64,000 bases of DNA from Bigelowiella natans CCMP2755 (taxonomy: Eukaryota; Protista; Cercozoa), in assembly GCA_000320545.1 (NCBI GenBank), contig ADNK01002424.1:1-64000 (forward strand), written 5' to 3'. Within the stretch, counting starts at the first letter, position 1. Each line of letters begins with the position of its first letter. Position numbers and translations under genes: made by a program. The notes beneath the pieces were generated by a model. The model worked only from the letters and a program-made list of their open reading frames with translations, searched no databases and was not told the origin of the DNA. This document shows positions 53,126 through 64,000 of this stretch, piece by piece.

Positions 53126-54910
53126 ATGACACTTCAGTCTACTCCTGAGCCATCAACAAAATGGGATCCAAATACGGAAGTTGAAGGGCCTTTTCTGGTA
53201 TGTAGTAGTTATCGTAATCATTTCCTGCTAACACTAGAATTATGGTTGGTTTTACCTGCCTGTAACTATCGTTGTGATTTTCATGATGGTTCTTAAGAAA
53301 GAATAAGGAGAAGAAGAAGGAGAAGAAGAGGGGATGGTGTTTATACAATTGCATTAATATACTATTTATGGTACCTACTCAAGTTCGTGCTGATCATTCG
53401 ATGCTTATTTTTGCTTTGATAGTAGATGTTATATTTTGAATATATGGAGAGATCGAATTCTTACTATATTTTCTCTCTTTTATTCACTTCATGTTCTACT
53501 TATTTCTCGCCAAAGTAGTCCATTTTCAAACCATTCACAAAGGATATGGTAGTAGTAGAAACAGAAGAAGTAACAGTAGTAATAGTACTAACAGTCCTTG
53601 AGAGCGTAGCGTATGATATCATGATGGATGAATAAATAAATATATAAATATATTTATATATATGACGTATAAGCAACAACATTTATGCTTCAAATATCTA
53701 CTATACGGTGGTACACACGACAAAAATACTATAATACCAAGCACTCTTTGAGAAGACTGATTGCAACATGGAATAATTTGTTGATTATTCATTAGCATGC
53801 GACCATGTGTGTTTTTGAAATACACATAATTAAATCACCCCATTTTACATTCAGATAAAAAGCCGTGGAAATTTTCAGGAAATTGATGTCGCGAATGGAA
53901 AAGTAGGAAAATTATGTTGCATATTGATTTGTATTTGTATGTTGGTTTCTTTTAACATATTTACATTATCTTAGGTGCAAAACTTAGCCAGATTCAGTCT
54001 ATTCGGAAAGCCTGGGATTTTCAATATTTTGGGAAGGTGGTGCTTTATATATTTACTTTTCACAATTAATAACAAGAATGGAAGGGAGACATGCATAAGG
54101 ATAAAGAGAGAGAACATAAACCAATCAAAATTGTAGTAGTCGTTGCAGGAGTTGTGGTAGTTGAATGTCAGCATATATTTACTGCTATCTATGTAGCTGC
54201 TCAGTCCCTGAAGTTAGTCCTCTTTCACGGAAGAAAACTCGTTTTGACGTAACCTTTGATAAAGTTACTGTTGAGGTATGTAGTAGACACTGGAAAGGAT
54301 TTTGGGTGCCTACCAAGAATATATCGATTCAAAATGCGTCGCTACTATGTTATCGTTATTATTAGCGTTTGCCATATTTTCCCTTTATTTTACTCTTCTC
54401 CTCTCCCCGAAAAGAATGTACATTCATGTTCTTAAATCCATCAATAATTGTTCTTTCGACGTACTGGTTTTGCAACAGCATACATTTAATTTGTGTTAAA
54501 TTCCTAGCAGCGCGTAAATACTGTTTGTTATAACAGTACTGAAACTAATATAGTTAATAGAAAGTGGATAACAATGAAATAAAATATTTGCAAAGGTTCC
54601 GGATTTCTCAATATTCTTCAATGTACCTTTAACATGGATCAGGCCAAAGGTATAAACAGTGTTTTCATATATTAGTACATTCTATCGCATGAGTACCTTC
54701 AAATACAATCAAATTCAAAATTGAATATAGTTATTGTTCATATTGATCATTATTTGTTTTACTAAATTGCCATTAATGATGATGTTGTTGAAGGGATGGG
54801 TGGAAACCACGTATTTGGACCCTGAATTTCGGATAGGACGCGGAGACAAAGGGTCAGTATTTGTCGCTGTTCGATCTAAGATCAATCCAGGCATTATAGA
54901 ACCATCATAA
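51554..54910 (+). CDS. Plastid lipid-associated protein (PAP/fibrillin) with a putative bipartite plastid-targeting presequence
   Basis: Exons ELEKMNVVENPAA...INGWWSLIYQ, NFQEIDVANGKVQNLARF, RFDVTFDKV and terminal GWVETTYLDPEFRIGRGDKGSVFV (fibrillin signature). The N-terminus has a hydrophobic helix followed by an R/K/S-rich stretch. Confidence 0.9.
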
Positions 54911-54989
54911 TGAGAATGTAAAGTCTCATTAATGTAAATGTGAATAAGTTATCGTGTGTGAAGTTTTGAGACTCTTCAAAGTTGATTGT

Positions 54990-55680
54990 GTTCATGCATT
55001 ACCTTTAACTACTGAAGACTGAAGCAATGTGCATGTGGCATCGCACATGACCACGTCCCACACGAATCGGCATGCTTGTTCCAATTTAGCAATTTGCGGC
55101 ACTACTAGCTGACTGGGAGCCAGCAAAGCCATCTGCATTCATTGCAGCAATGTGACAGGCTTAAAAATTGAAATGGGATTTCTTCTTTGCCACTGTGCCA
55201 GCATTGTGTGCTCACTTTTAGACTTTCGCATTTGCATTCATGGCCTAGCTGTGCTCAAACTGACAACAGCTACCATGAACAATGTGCACGCGTGCACAAT
55301 GCATCGAGCTGCTGGCTCCAAACTTCATCCACATGGCAGATCTAGAGATGGGCATTGTGCCATTCTAGCATTGCAGACAGGAGGTTTGCACGTGGTTTCA
55401 ACTCGATTTTGGCTGTTGTTTTTCCACGATGGCTTTGTCATTCCGCCATGCACAGAGATCAATTGTGATTGACGACACAAATTGTCGAAAAGACCTCAGA
55501 AAAATGCATGGCAGACCAAACAAAATCAAGCAAAATTAGCGTGTGCAAATGTGACGGAAGTGCATGCGCACAACGAATTTGCGGTAGAACTCTGCTCGTG
55601 AGCACACATCGCTAGAGTTCAATCGCCCCAGCAAACCCTGCGCTGCTAGCAAAGAAAATGTAACTTCATTCATCTCGGAA
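54990..55680. other. TpA-depleted intergenic island between convergent fibrillin and HOP1 genes
   Basis: TA is scarce and often in CTAG; TGCA/CATG/CACA are frequent. Confidence 0.85.
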
Positions 55681-55793
55681 ACAGAGAACGTGGTACTTGT
55701 CTAATAGTGACGCTCTAACGTGTTCCTATCGCAATGATTTTACAGCAGAGGCTGAGATTACTCTTAAATCATCATTTAGATATATTCCGAAAA

Positions 55794-58097
55794 TCAGGCA
55801 TGCCCATCCTGAATGATTGGCTCTTGGACCATTGACATTTTCCTCCGAAGTCGCTTAGATCTTCTTGGAGGCGCTTTTACATTGATTTCAGGACGAGTTC
55901 GCTTACCGATACCGTTCGGTGTAGAATTATTTTCTTCACTTGAATCATTAAATTTCGTATCTGGACTGAACGTCACATGCTTAACTTGCTTCTTAGTTTC
56001 TTGTGGACTCTTCCCACCAGCTTGATTGGTTTCCTTGCAAGTTTCCCCTAAAGTCAGGATTTGAAAATAACCTTTCATGCTTCTGCGCAGTTTGAGTATT
56101 TTTTTATCTTTGATCAAGCACTGCATAGCACCTATCCAAATTCCATGTGACATCATAGAGAGATTTTATACAAACAGGCAGCACTTTTAACCTTTTAAAA
56201 TGCTTGGATTGATTGTTCTCAGTTTTTGGTTAAAGTCGTTTTCTGATATTAAATCTTCTTTGTGGTTATCTAACAAATTATAGATTTCCTCCATAGCAAG
56301 CTTTATTTCCTTATCTATATATGTTTCGAAATAATCAGTCCGTAGTAGTACTTCACTCTAAACTCTAAACCGCTCAAGTATATTCACATGCATTCATAGA
56401 AAGAGTAATTCAAAAAAATTGCCAAATATTCAATTTTTAAGAGCAAAGATGACCTGTGCTCTCACGATGATGCTCTTCAAAACTCTCTGCGCCAGTGCAA
56501 AGTAAGTCCTCGTTAGATTTACTTTCTTTGTTTGGATATCTCTTGGTTATATGCAAAGTATTCTTGGTAGTCTTCGACAAAGGCAAACTACTTGAACCTG
56601 GGCTAGAAAGCCCAGAACCTAGGTCTTCCATGTTCATTTTACCAGGATAATTTGGATGTGTAATAGCTTCAGTCTCCATGTTTTCATTAACTTGTACCTA
56701 ATTTGTATTATGATAATTATTTGATGTCCAAGAACCTTTTTTCTTACACCTTAACGCTTAGTGCATGATGGCGAGTGGAGACTGTTCCCAATTCTCCAGA
56801 ATAGGGTTCGAATTCAAAAGCTGTTGTTCTTTCAATTTCTTCAGCAGGCCGGAAAAACATCGGCTCGTATTTTAATCTAATGGATACTACATATCAGAGA
56901 GTCATTATGCATTCCAGAAATAACATTTTACGGAGTTATTTCCTCGTTGTAGGACAGTCGCATACAAAGAAATCGCTTCCTGAATTTTAATACCAAATTT
57001 ACTCATTATTTGCTTAGGTTCAGGAATTCTAATACCAACGAGATGTGGCTTACTTAGGCAACGGCTTCATAGTTGTTCCCATAGTCAATAGCTTTCTCAA
57101 CAACAATATCGTTGCCTCAACTACCTCTGTAAAATAAATATAAATAAGGTCATCATTTCGAGTTAACACCTTTCATTGAATACATTGGTGAGTTTTTGAT
57201 TACCTTTCTGAGTGAATTCAAATCTACTCTTTACACTAGTCTGTAATCTGTTGCCGTTGGTACTTAGGGAGAATCCGCCGGAACTTGTTTCCGATGGATA
57301 CATGACTTTAAAATTATACCTCTGTAGCACGTGATTTGGTTGAGTTTTCGCAGGCCGTATGGAAAGCAAACTAAAAAGGTAGCTACCTCAAGAAGTTCGC
57401 AATTTTTAGGATCAGGGTCTGATTAAAGTTTCAATGATAAGTACTAAACTATATTTTTACACAAATATTTTGTACCATTCTTGTGGAATATCTCAAAGGT
57501 CACTACATCCAGATATCCTTTTGCTAGAGCATCGAAGACCCCCTTTTCAAGCCAATGAAGGAGCAAAGATGCCTCTTTCCCACAGTCTAAATAATCACAT
57601 AAAATGTTCTATTTGTAGAAACTTTAAATTTATTTTTAGTTTACTAGGATGAAAGGCCATTATCTTATGTTCGCCAATAAGCCTTTCACGGAAATCCTCT
57701 TTGTTGAACAAACCACGCATACTTGCAATCGATGACTGTTGAAAAGACATAGCTACTAACAAGAAACTTTTTAAATTGTTATATCAAACAATAAAAGGGA
57801 TCACATTTTTACCAAGCTACTTCGGAGTAGATGTTTCATCTATCGTTGTTAAGATAATTGAATAAGAAACTCGTGACAACAGATTTGCTTATTTCTGGCT
57901 ACCAAAGTTAGGCTTTGTCGTTGATTCACTTCCACTGCTTCTCTATGTCTCTGCAAAGTATTTGATGTTCTAGGATATTGTTTTATTCTTCCAGCGGATG
58001 AATTGAAACCACGGCCGTTTTGACGACTTGATTTTGGGCGCCTAAAGTTTTGTTAACGACATCATAAATTCGATGTATGTGATTTGGTACTTGTCAT
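55794..58097 (-). CDS. HOP1: Meiotic HORMA-domain axis protein (HOP1/ASY1/HORMAD)
   Basis: Spliced exons QSLTLMKHLLRSSLSSIASMRGLFNKEDF, LLLHWLEKGVFDALAKGYL, TILLLRKLLTMGTTMKPLPK-RFLCMRLSYNEEITP-LKYEPMFFR and GTVSTRHHALSVK form the HORMA domain. The C-terminal RRKMSMVQEPIIQ resembles the ASY1 closure motif. Confidence 0.92.
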
Positions 58098-58671
58098 TCA
58101 GCAAGAACATGATTACATGTCGATCCACCTTGGCATTTCTATATCCAATGTCAAGGTCCAAGAGATCTTCAGTATTTGTTTTCAAAAAAATTGAATCATT
58201 GACTCAGTAAACATGGTACTGGCTAATAGCTTCACATTGCAAAAACACATATCTCTATGAGTGTTTAGATCAAATTCTCACAACTTCTTTAAACCCTTTT
58301 CTGCAAGTTTGCAAGGGATCACATTTGTTATCGACTTCTCACTTCATCGTTTCATGTTTTTGGCGCGTACAGGTGACTGTGGTTTTTGTCCTGTGCGGAA
58401 TGTAGGCGAAAGACGTTAAAAAGGAACAGCGGGGCCTATGTCGCAGGTCTCTATTTACTCTGATTTTTCTGAAAAAAAATGAACGAAAGTTTTTTTTACA
58501 TGTCCTGGAAGTGCCGTCCAAGAGTGACATGTGATTTTCCAATGATTTTGTAAATCAATGAAAATGTGTCCGTCCAGGAAGGGCATGTGATTAGGCCCTA
58601 TTTTCCGATGATTTTGTATGAGAATGAGCATGATATGCAGTTAGATGACCTTGAGGTACATATTTATCCCG

Positions 58672-60103
58672 ATGCGGGATGAAGATTACGCAGAAGACAC
58701 CAAATTCCGAGTCGCATCATTCCGAATGTCCAACTTACTCACACACACAATGACTTTGTTCAAATCAAGGCGATAAAGAAGGAAAGACACGGACATTTCT
58801 GGAAGTTGCAAAACACCGAAATCAAGTCACTCTTCCGACGCGTAAGAGCCAAAAGTTCAGATGCACTGAGTCTCAAACTAACACACGAAAATCATGTGTT
58901 GGATTGGGATTGGTAATTTTCTTTTGCGACAATTTGTTTTCTTGAAAGAGGAGCATGTTTCTCTTGTATACCGCCGCTTTCCAATGTTGACATTTAAGAA
59001 TTATGAAGACATTCGAGCTATCTTTACTTCCAAACACCGGTGGTTCGCATTACCTCAACATTTCTTGCAAGACATTCTCCACCTCGTCCACGGCACAAGG
59101 CACATGCGTTCTCCATCATCCTCCTGGCTAGTAGCACATGCTATCAAGATGGTATTTGCTTTCCTAGAAGGTCTCTGGGCCGTGTCTTTACTGAAGAGCA
59201 GATGCAATCACAAGACAAAACGTCTTTTTCATTTTGGAGCCCTCATGTCAGTGCCATGTCCTTTTGTTAGTGAATCTTGCAATATTTAAACACCCAAAAA
59301 TATGTTTCAGAGAAGTCATTCTAATCATGGTTGGAATCACAATGTGAGTGATTTGTTAAATTGCGTACTTGTTCCAATGAGAAAGTTAAGTAACATTGAG
59401 AAATAGCATGCGATAACAAAAAGGTTAATGATAAGGCCCCCTTGGCAGATGATAGCTACAGTCCGAATTGTAGTTACGATACCAGTACTATGGATGGTAG
59501 GAAAGCGCTATCCATTTTTAATTGTTTTCATGATGTACGAAATCATTAGGGATGGGGAGTTTTCGTATTGGTTGCTCAAGCTGTACAGCAAGTTCTTAGA
59601 CCGAAGATGGAGATTAAATTTCAAGCCATCTTCATCGCACTGATAACTTGGAATTCCATTCTTCAGGGAACAGTATTGCTCCTTTTTCTCCTTTTGAATG
59701 AGTTTCGCTGGAATGGGTTTCTGCTAATTATCCAGTCGATTATTATGTTTCCAGCGGGTGTAACTGCAGCGATCAATATGTACAGGTATTCACAATGTCT
59801 GTGATGAAAACATCTCTAACATAGATTTTGCATTTTGTCATCAGTTTATTAACATCATACGAGAGGTCACAGACACAAATGTCAGAATTTCCAGTTGCAC
59901 TATCACTAGAACCTCGCAAGTACTCGATTGGGAAAATGGCAAAAATGAATGATTCACGAAATTCCTCCAGACGAGATTCAGAACTTTTAGACCTGGATGC
60001 AAATGTTACAGTCACGATGAATACGCCACAACCAAAAATGGAATCACCAAGACACATGGCCCAAAATGGGGACCAAAAATATGTAACAATATGCAACTTT
60101 TAA
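58672..60103 (+). CDS. Hypothetical multi-pass membrane protein (multi-exon, approximate)
   Basis: Splice-bounded exons with hydrophobic helices (GWGVFVLVAQAV, FQAIFIALITWNSILQGTVLLLFLLL, FLLIIQSIIMFPAGVTAAI) and a hydrophilic tail ending at 60103. Confidence 0.6.
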
Positions 60104-60109
60104 TACTTG

Positions 60110-60400
60110 GCGTCTTGCATTTTTTCATTTACCCCTCAACGTTCAATGCATCAGAGAAACTGGACAAAATCAACCAAAAATTCGAGTGGCAGTTTAGTGA
60201 GGTCTAGAAGTGATGCTACGTGCACCGTCAGCGTTGCGGGCGATCATGCCCCGTTGTGATCGAGGACAATCCTCGTCATCACGATGTCCACAGAGTGCAA
60301 AGCTCCGTGTGTGATGGACTAGTTGATTCAACTTGGAAATTGCGTGCAATGTAACAACAATCATGCATTCTCATGCGTCAAAGGTAATGGGGGTCCAAAG
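60110..60400. other. Short TpA-depleted island between convergent genes
   Basis: Sparse TA in the spacer, some of it in CTAG. Confidence 0.6.
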
Positions 60401-60578
60401 TAAATTCTTCAAAACAAATCTGTGAGCCTATAGAAAAGAATGCCTAATCAACATTGCCAAGCCGCGGGGAAAAGAAATTGCAAAATAAATTCGGGCCCTG
60501 GATGTACATAGTCGACACGAGTCAGAACAATCTGAAACTACGGCTGAGCTATTTTTAGAATTCTTATTCATGATGCAC

Positions 60579-61187
60579 TTAGTCATCGTTGTTTTCGTTA
60601 TTAGAGAAAGATTCAATGCTATCAGTCATCTTCCATAAAAGAATTCTCTTAGCACATTTCGCTTTTGCGCTGTCGCATTTTCCTGTCTTCTTTAGCTCCT
60701 GCTTCACCTCGCTCAATGCCTTAGCATATTTCAAATCAAAGGCGGACGCTGCAGCATTACTTTTGGCTCTGTATGTTCCAGGGGACATGCATCCATCTCT
60801 AGTAAGCTTTCGGAATCGAACTTTCAAGCTTTGCAACTCAAGTACCTCAGCAACAAAAAGCCTCGCTAAAATTCGCTTTGCTTCATTTGTGTACGAATGC
60901 CTGCGCTTTAGCGCTGGAGATGTGAACATCGGGGATTTGAAAGATGTGCTCCTCCCATTAGGTGACTTGAATTCATTAGGTGTTCCTACTTTGCTGTCCC
61001 TGGACTCAAGTTTATCAGTGTCTTCAAAACGGGCATCTGTCCTTTGGTTGTGATGACTTTCATCGTAATTGACAGTAATCTCATTTTTGCAATCAGCATT
61101 CTCCTCTGGAATAGTAATACTGACCAATTTCTTGTTTGTAGAGGGTGTAGAATCTGATCTGGGAGTCCCTTCCTTCTTCGCCTCCAT
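60579..61187 (-). CDS. Hypothetical intronless 202-aa protein (disordered N-half, helical C-half)
   Basis: ATG-initiated ORF with natural hydrophilic composition, not microsatellite-derived. Confidence 0.65.
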   Translation of the reverse strand: MEAKKEGTPRSDSTPSTNKKLVSITIPEENADCKNEITVNYDESHHNQRTDARFEDTDKLESRDSKVGTPNEFKSPNGRSTSFKSPMFTSPALKRRHSYTNEAKRILARLFVAEVLELQSLKVRFRKLTRDGCMSPGTYRAKSNAAASAFDLKYAKALSEVKQELKKTGKCDSAKAKCAKRILLWKMTDSIESFSNNENNDD

Positions 61188-61755
61188 CTATCACTGGCAA
61201 GGAGTTGAACATTGAACTTGGCCGCGATCCAAGGATATATTTTTCAAACTATCACTCTACAATAATTATCCATACATTTAGAATAAGGCATGCGTTTATT
61301 ACTCTTTACCTCCTTCGTATTGAAAATTGTCTTAAAATCTGCAATATTTGAAGAACTTATGCATTTTGTTAAGCTCATCACATCTAACGGCGGGTAATGT
61401 CGTGGTGAAATAAGGTAATATTTTCAGAAATACCATGCATTTGTTCCGACTCATCAAAGCGTTCAGAAAATGCGCAAAACTTTTCCTCGCTAGACTAGAT
61501 CTATGTCTTGTTTATGGATTTGATTTTCATAACAAATTTTATTGACATTGATGTTATGAGACAAACACAATGACCATGTCGTAGATACATTTTGTACAAT
61601 TACTTCAAAAAAGTGCCCTTTCGAGCTATTCTTTCATCTGCTGATTGTTGTAACGGGGTATTTTGTTGAAAGACAACATTTTGTTGAAGTCGTGATCCAA
61701 ATGCTACAATATTGATAGGTAAGACTTACACACACCGAAGCCCCCCCCGAAAACA

Positions 61756-63421
61756 ATGGCCTTCGATGACACCGAAGCTTTATTTAAGCTACTTAGAGAC
61801 AGATTTTCGCTGGTATGTGACCACTAAGCCACCCTTTAAAGTAATCCTGATTTAAGTCATTTAGGCTTACTTTGCCAATTCCGGACCGAAAGGAGTTCGA
61901 CCTCGCTCATCCCAGTGTGAAATGCAGATTTTTGTGAAGGAGAATCTCGATACCATTTACATATGCCACGAATCAATTTATATTAATATATTCATTATTT
62001 ATTTGGTTTTATAAATTTAAACGTAGTTTAACATGTTTGTTTGTTTTCAGTGTAATCACAACATTCGAGGAACTCCCCGGCCTTCTCCCTCCGAGTGATG
62101 ATCGAATACATAAAGCAACTACAATAAGACATACTGGCAAGAACGCAGATGCACTGTACGTGAAAATATAGTGGTTGGTAAATAATTCGTCGAGAAATTG
62201 TCTGATGGAATTTCTGAAAAGACTACAAGACTATCTTATTCTTACTTGTGAATTCTATTCTAATTACAATTTGAAGGGAAATTCCAAAAAATAAAGTCAC
62301 CAGTAGAAGTAAAAAGAGTTTTGAAAAGGCTAAGGTAAATAAGTTTTTCCTGAAATGATACGGAAAATTTCTAATAAATCTAATTTCATTCAAAGAGATC
62401 TTGGACGCAGGAAGGTGCGCATTACATGTATTGTCTTTAGTTAAAATAGTTCACAATAGCCTGCTGGAAACCATTTCACTGACATCTCCCATGGTAAATG
62501 TTACCATAATGATCTAAAACTATTTCGCAGAAGATACCCAACTCAAAGCCTTGGTGGTGAAATATGGACCAAGGCAATGGTCTGCAATCGCTAAGGAACT
62601 CCCAGGTAAAATAAAATTCATAAATTCATAAACCATTTACCATTTACAGAACTTAGTTTTCTTTGAAAAGTCAAATCTAAATTACTGATACTTTTTCGAA
62701 GGGAGAATCGGAAAGCAATGCCGTGAACGTTGGCACAATCATCTCAACCCTGATGTTAGAAAAGATGCCTGGACACCGGAAGAAGATATGATGTACAAAA
62801 TGACTTGTACAAAATGACTTGAACATCTATGGTAGAATTAAAATGTATGAGCTTCTTGATTACCTTGTCAGAATTTTTGAGCAACACAAACGGCTGGGAA
62901 ACCAATGGGCTGGAATTGCCAAGCTTCTTCCTGGTCGAACGGACAACGCAATCAAGAATCGATATTATTCAACCGTAAGGAGGCTTGTTCGTCGACAGCG
63001 AAAGCAACTTAGAGATAAAATGAGGAGAGGGGAGACTGTAATTAATGAGGGATTGATAGACAGCGATTCTCGTTTAAAATTTATTGCTGTAAATATGGAA
63101 ACCCTGAAGATAATTGGCATCGATGACAAAATTAAAGAGATTCCAACTAGTAAGCGGCAAAAGACAGAAAAAAAGAGTGACGAAGTTGTAAGAACAAACT
63201 TATCCGGTACATCCATGGGTACTGCCGGTCGCCATACCACAGATTCTTCACTAGCATCGTCTCCACCGCCTCCACCGCCTCCACCGCCTCCGTTACCCCC
63301 TTCTGTTCCTAAACAAATAGATTCCAGCCTCTCCATCAGAGAGGTTAAATCAGTACCTCCAGCAATTACGACGACTAGTTCGGGGCAAACTGTTCCATGG
63401 AGTGGACCATCCACCAAATAA
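61756..63421 (+). CDS. R2R3-type Myb transcription factor (5' end approximate)
   Basis: Spliced [93 protein letters not shown], followed by a proline-rich tail. Confidence 0.93.
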
Positions 63422-63559
63422 CACTGACAGAGTTTCATCCGGACAATGTACATGTAGCTAGTAAAGAAAACAAACTTGAGTAAATTCATTAGTTCAAGGA
63501 TTGTAGCAATTTGTTTGTAAGTAGTGCAAGTCAAAGCTATGTGTTCAGCAGCGCTAAAA

Positions 63560-64000
63560 TTAATTTGAGCTTACACTTGGAGCATGTTGTTTCTCTAGTA
63601 GGCTGCGAGTGCGCTCATGGTTTTACAAATGCAAGTAAATGCTAGAATGCACTTGAATCACCGATCGATTGCGCTAACTGTCGGTTGACATGTGCATGAG
63701 CATGGCATTCGATGTCTACTAGTGCAAGACTAGAAGACTAGCTAGCTAGGTGGACAATCGTGCACTGATGGCACGTCACAGCTAGCTAGGATGATGCATC
63801 ATCAGCTAGATGATGAAAGCTCTAGAGCTAGTCATCACGTCCACAAGTCTAGAAGTCCAGACGCAAGACGGATGTGATTGATCAATCAAATTCCTAGATT
63901 TGTTCAATGGTCCCTCATGTGGCTGTGCAATGCTGAATGCAGCGCTAGAGCGGCTGCAGCGCTGATGATGAATCCATAGCTGTTGGTCTCATCTAGTCAT
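63560..64000. other. TpA-depleted, CTAG-enriched island downstream of the Myb gene (continues past the window end)
   Basis: 63719-64000 has 14 CTAG and only 1 other TA in 282 nt. Confidence 0.92.

Overview
Eukaryotic nuclear DNA from an intron-rich, microsatellite-rich protist. A fibrillin with an apparent bipartite plastid presequence points to an alga with a secondary plastid; a chlorarachniophyte is my inference. Most ORF-track entries are artefacts. Hand-splicing on GT-AG sites gives these genes: CDC23/APC8, a GT-A-like glycosyltransferase, an FkbM-like methyltransferase, an EGF-TSP1-PAN membrane adhesin, a RING-CH (MARCH) E3 ligase, a very large UBA-like + RarA-like + SF2 helicase, an LC8-type dynein light chain, a PAP/fibrillin, meiotic HOP1/ASY1, an R2R3-type Myb, and several hypothetical genes. 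The most striking signal is non-coding. About ten intergenic islands have lost most or almost all TpA dinucleotides, except within CTAG, which is spared and locally strongly enriched, often at the centre of short perfect palindromes. Duplicated segments inside the islands differ almost only by TG/CA/TA swaps at the same positions. This looks like a targeted TpA->TpG/CpA hypermutation process, opposite in direction to fungal RIP. It is confined to untranscribed DNA, especially between convergent 3' ends. No rRNA, tRNA, CRISPR array or intact transposon was recognised.
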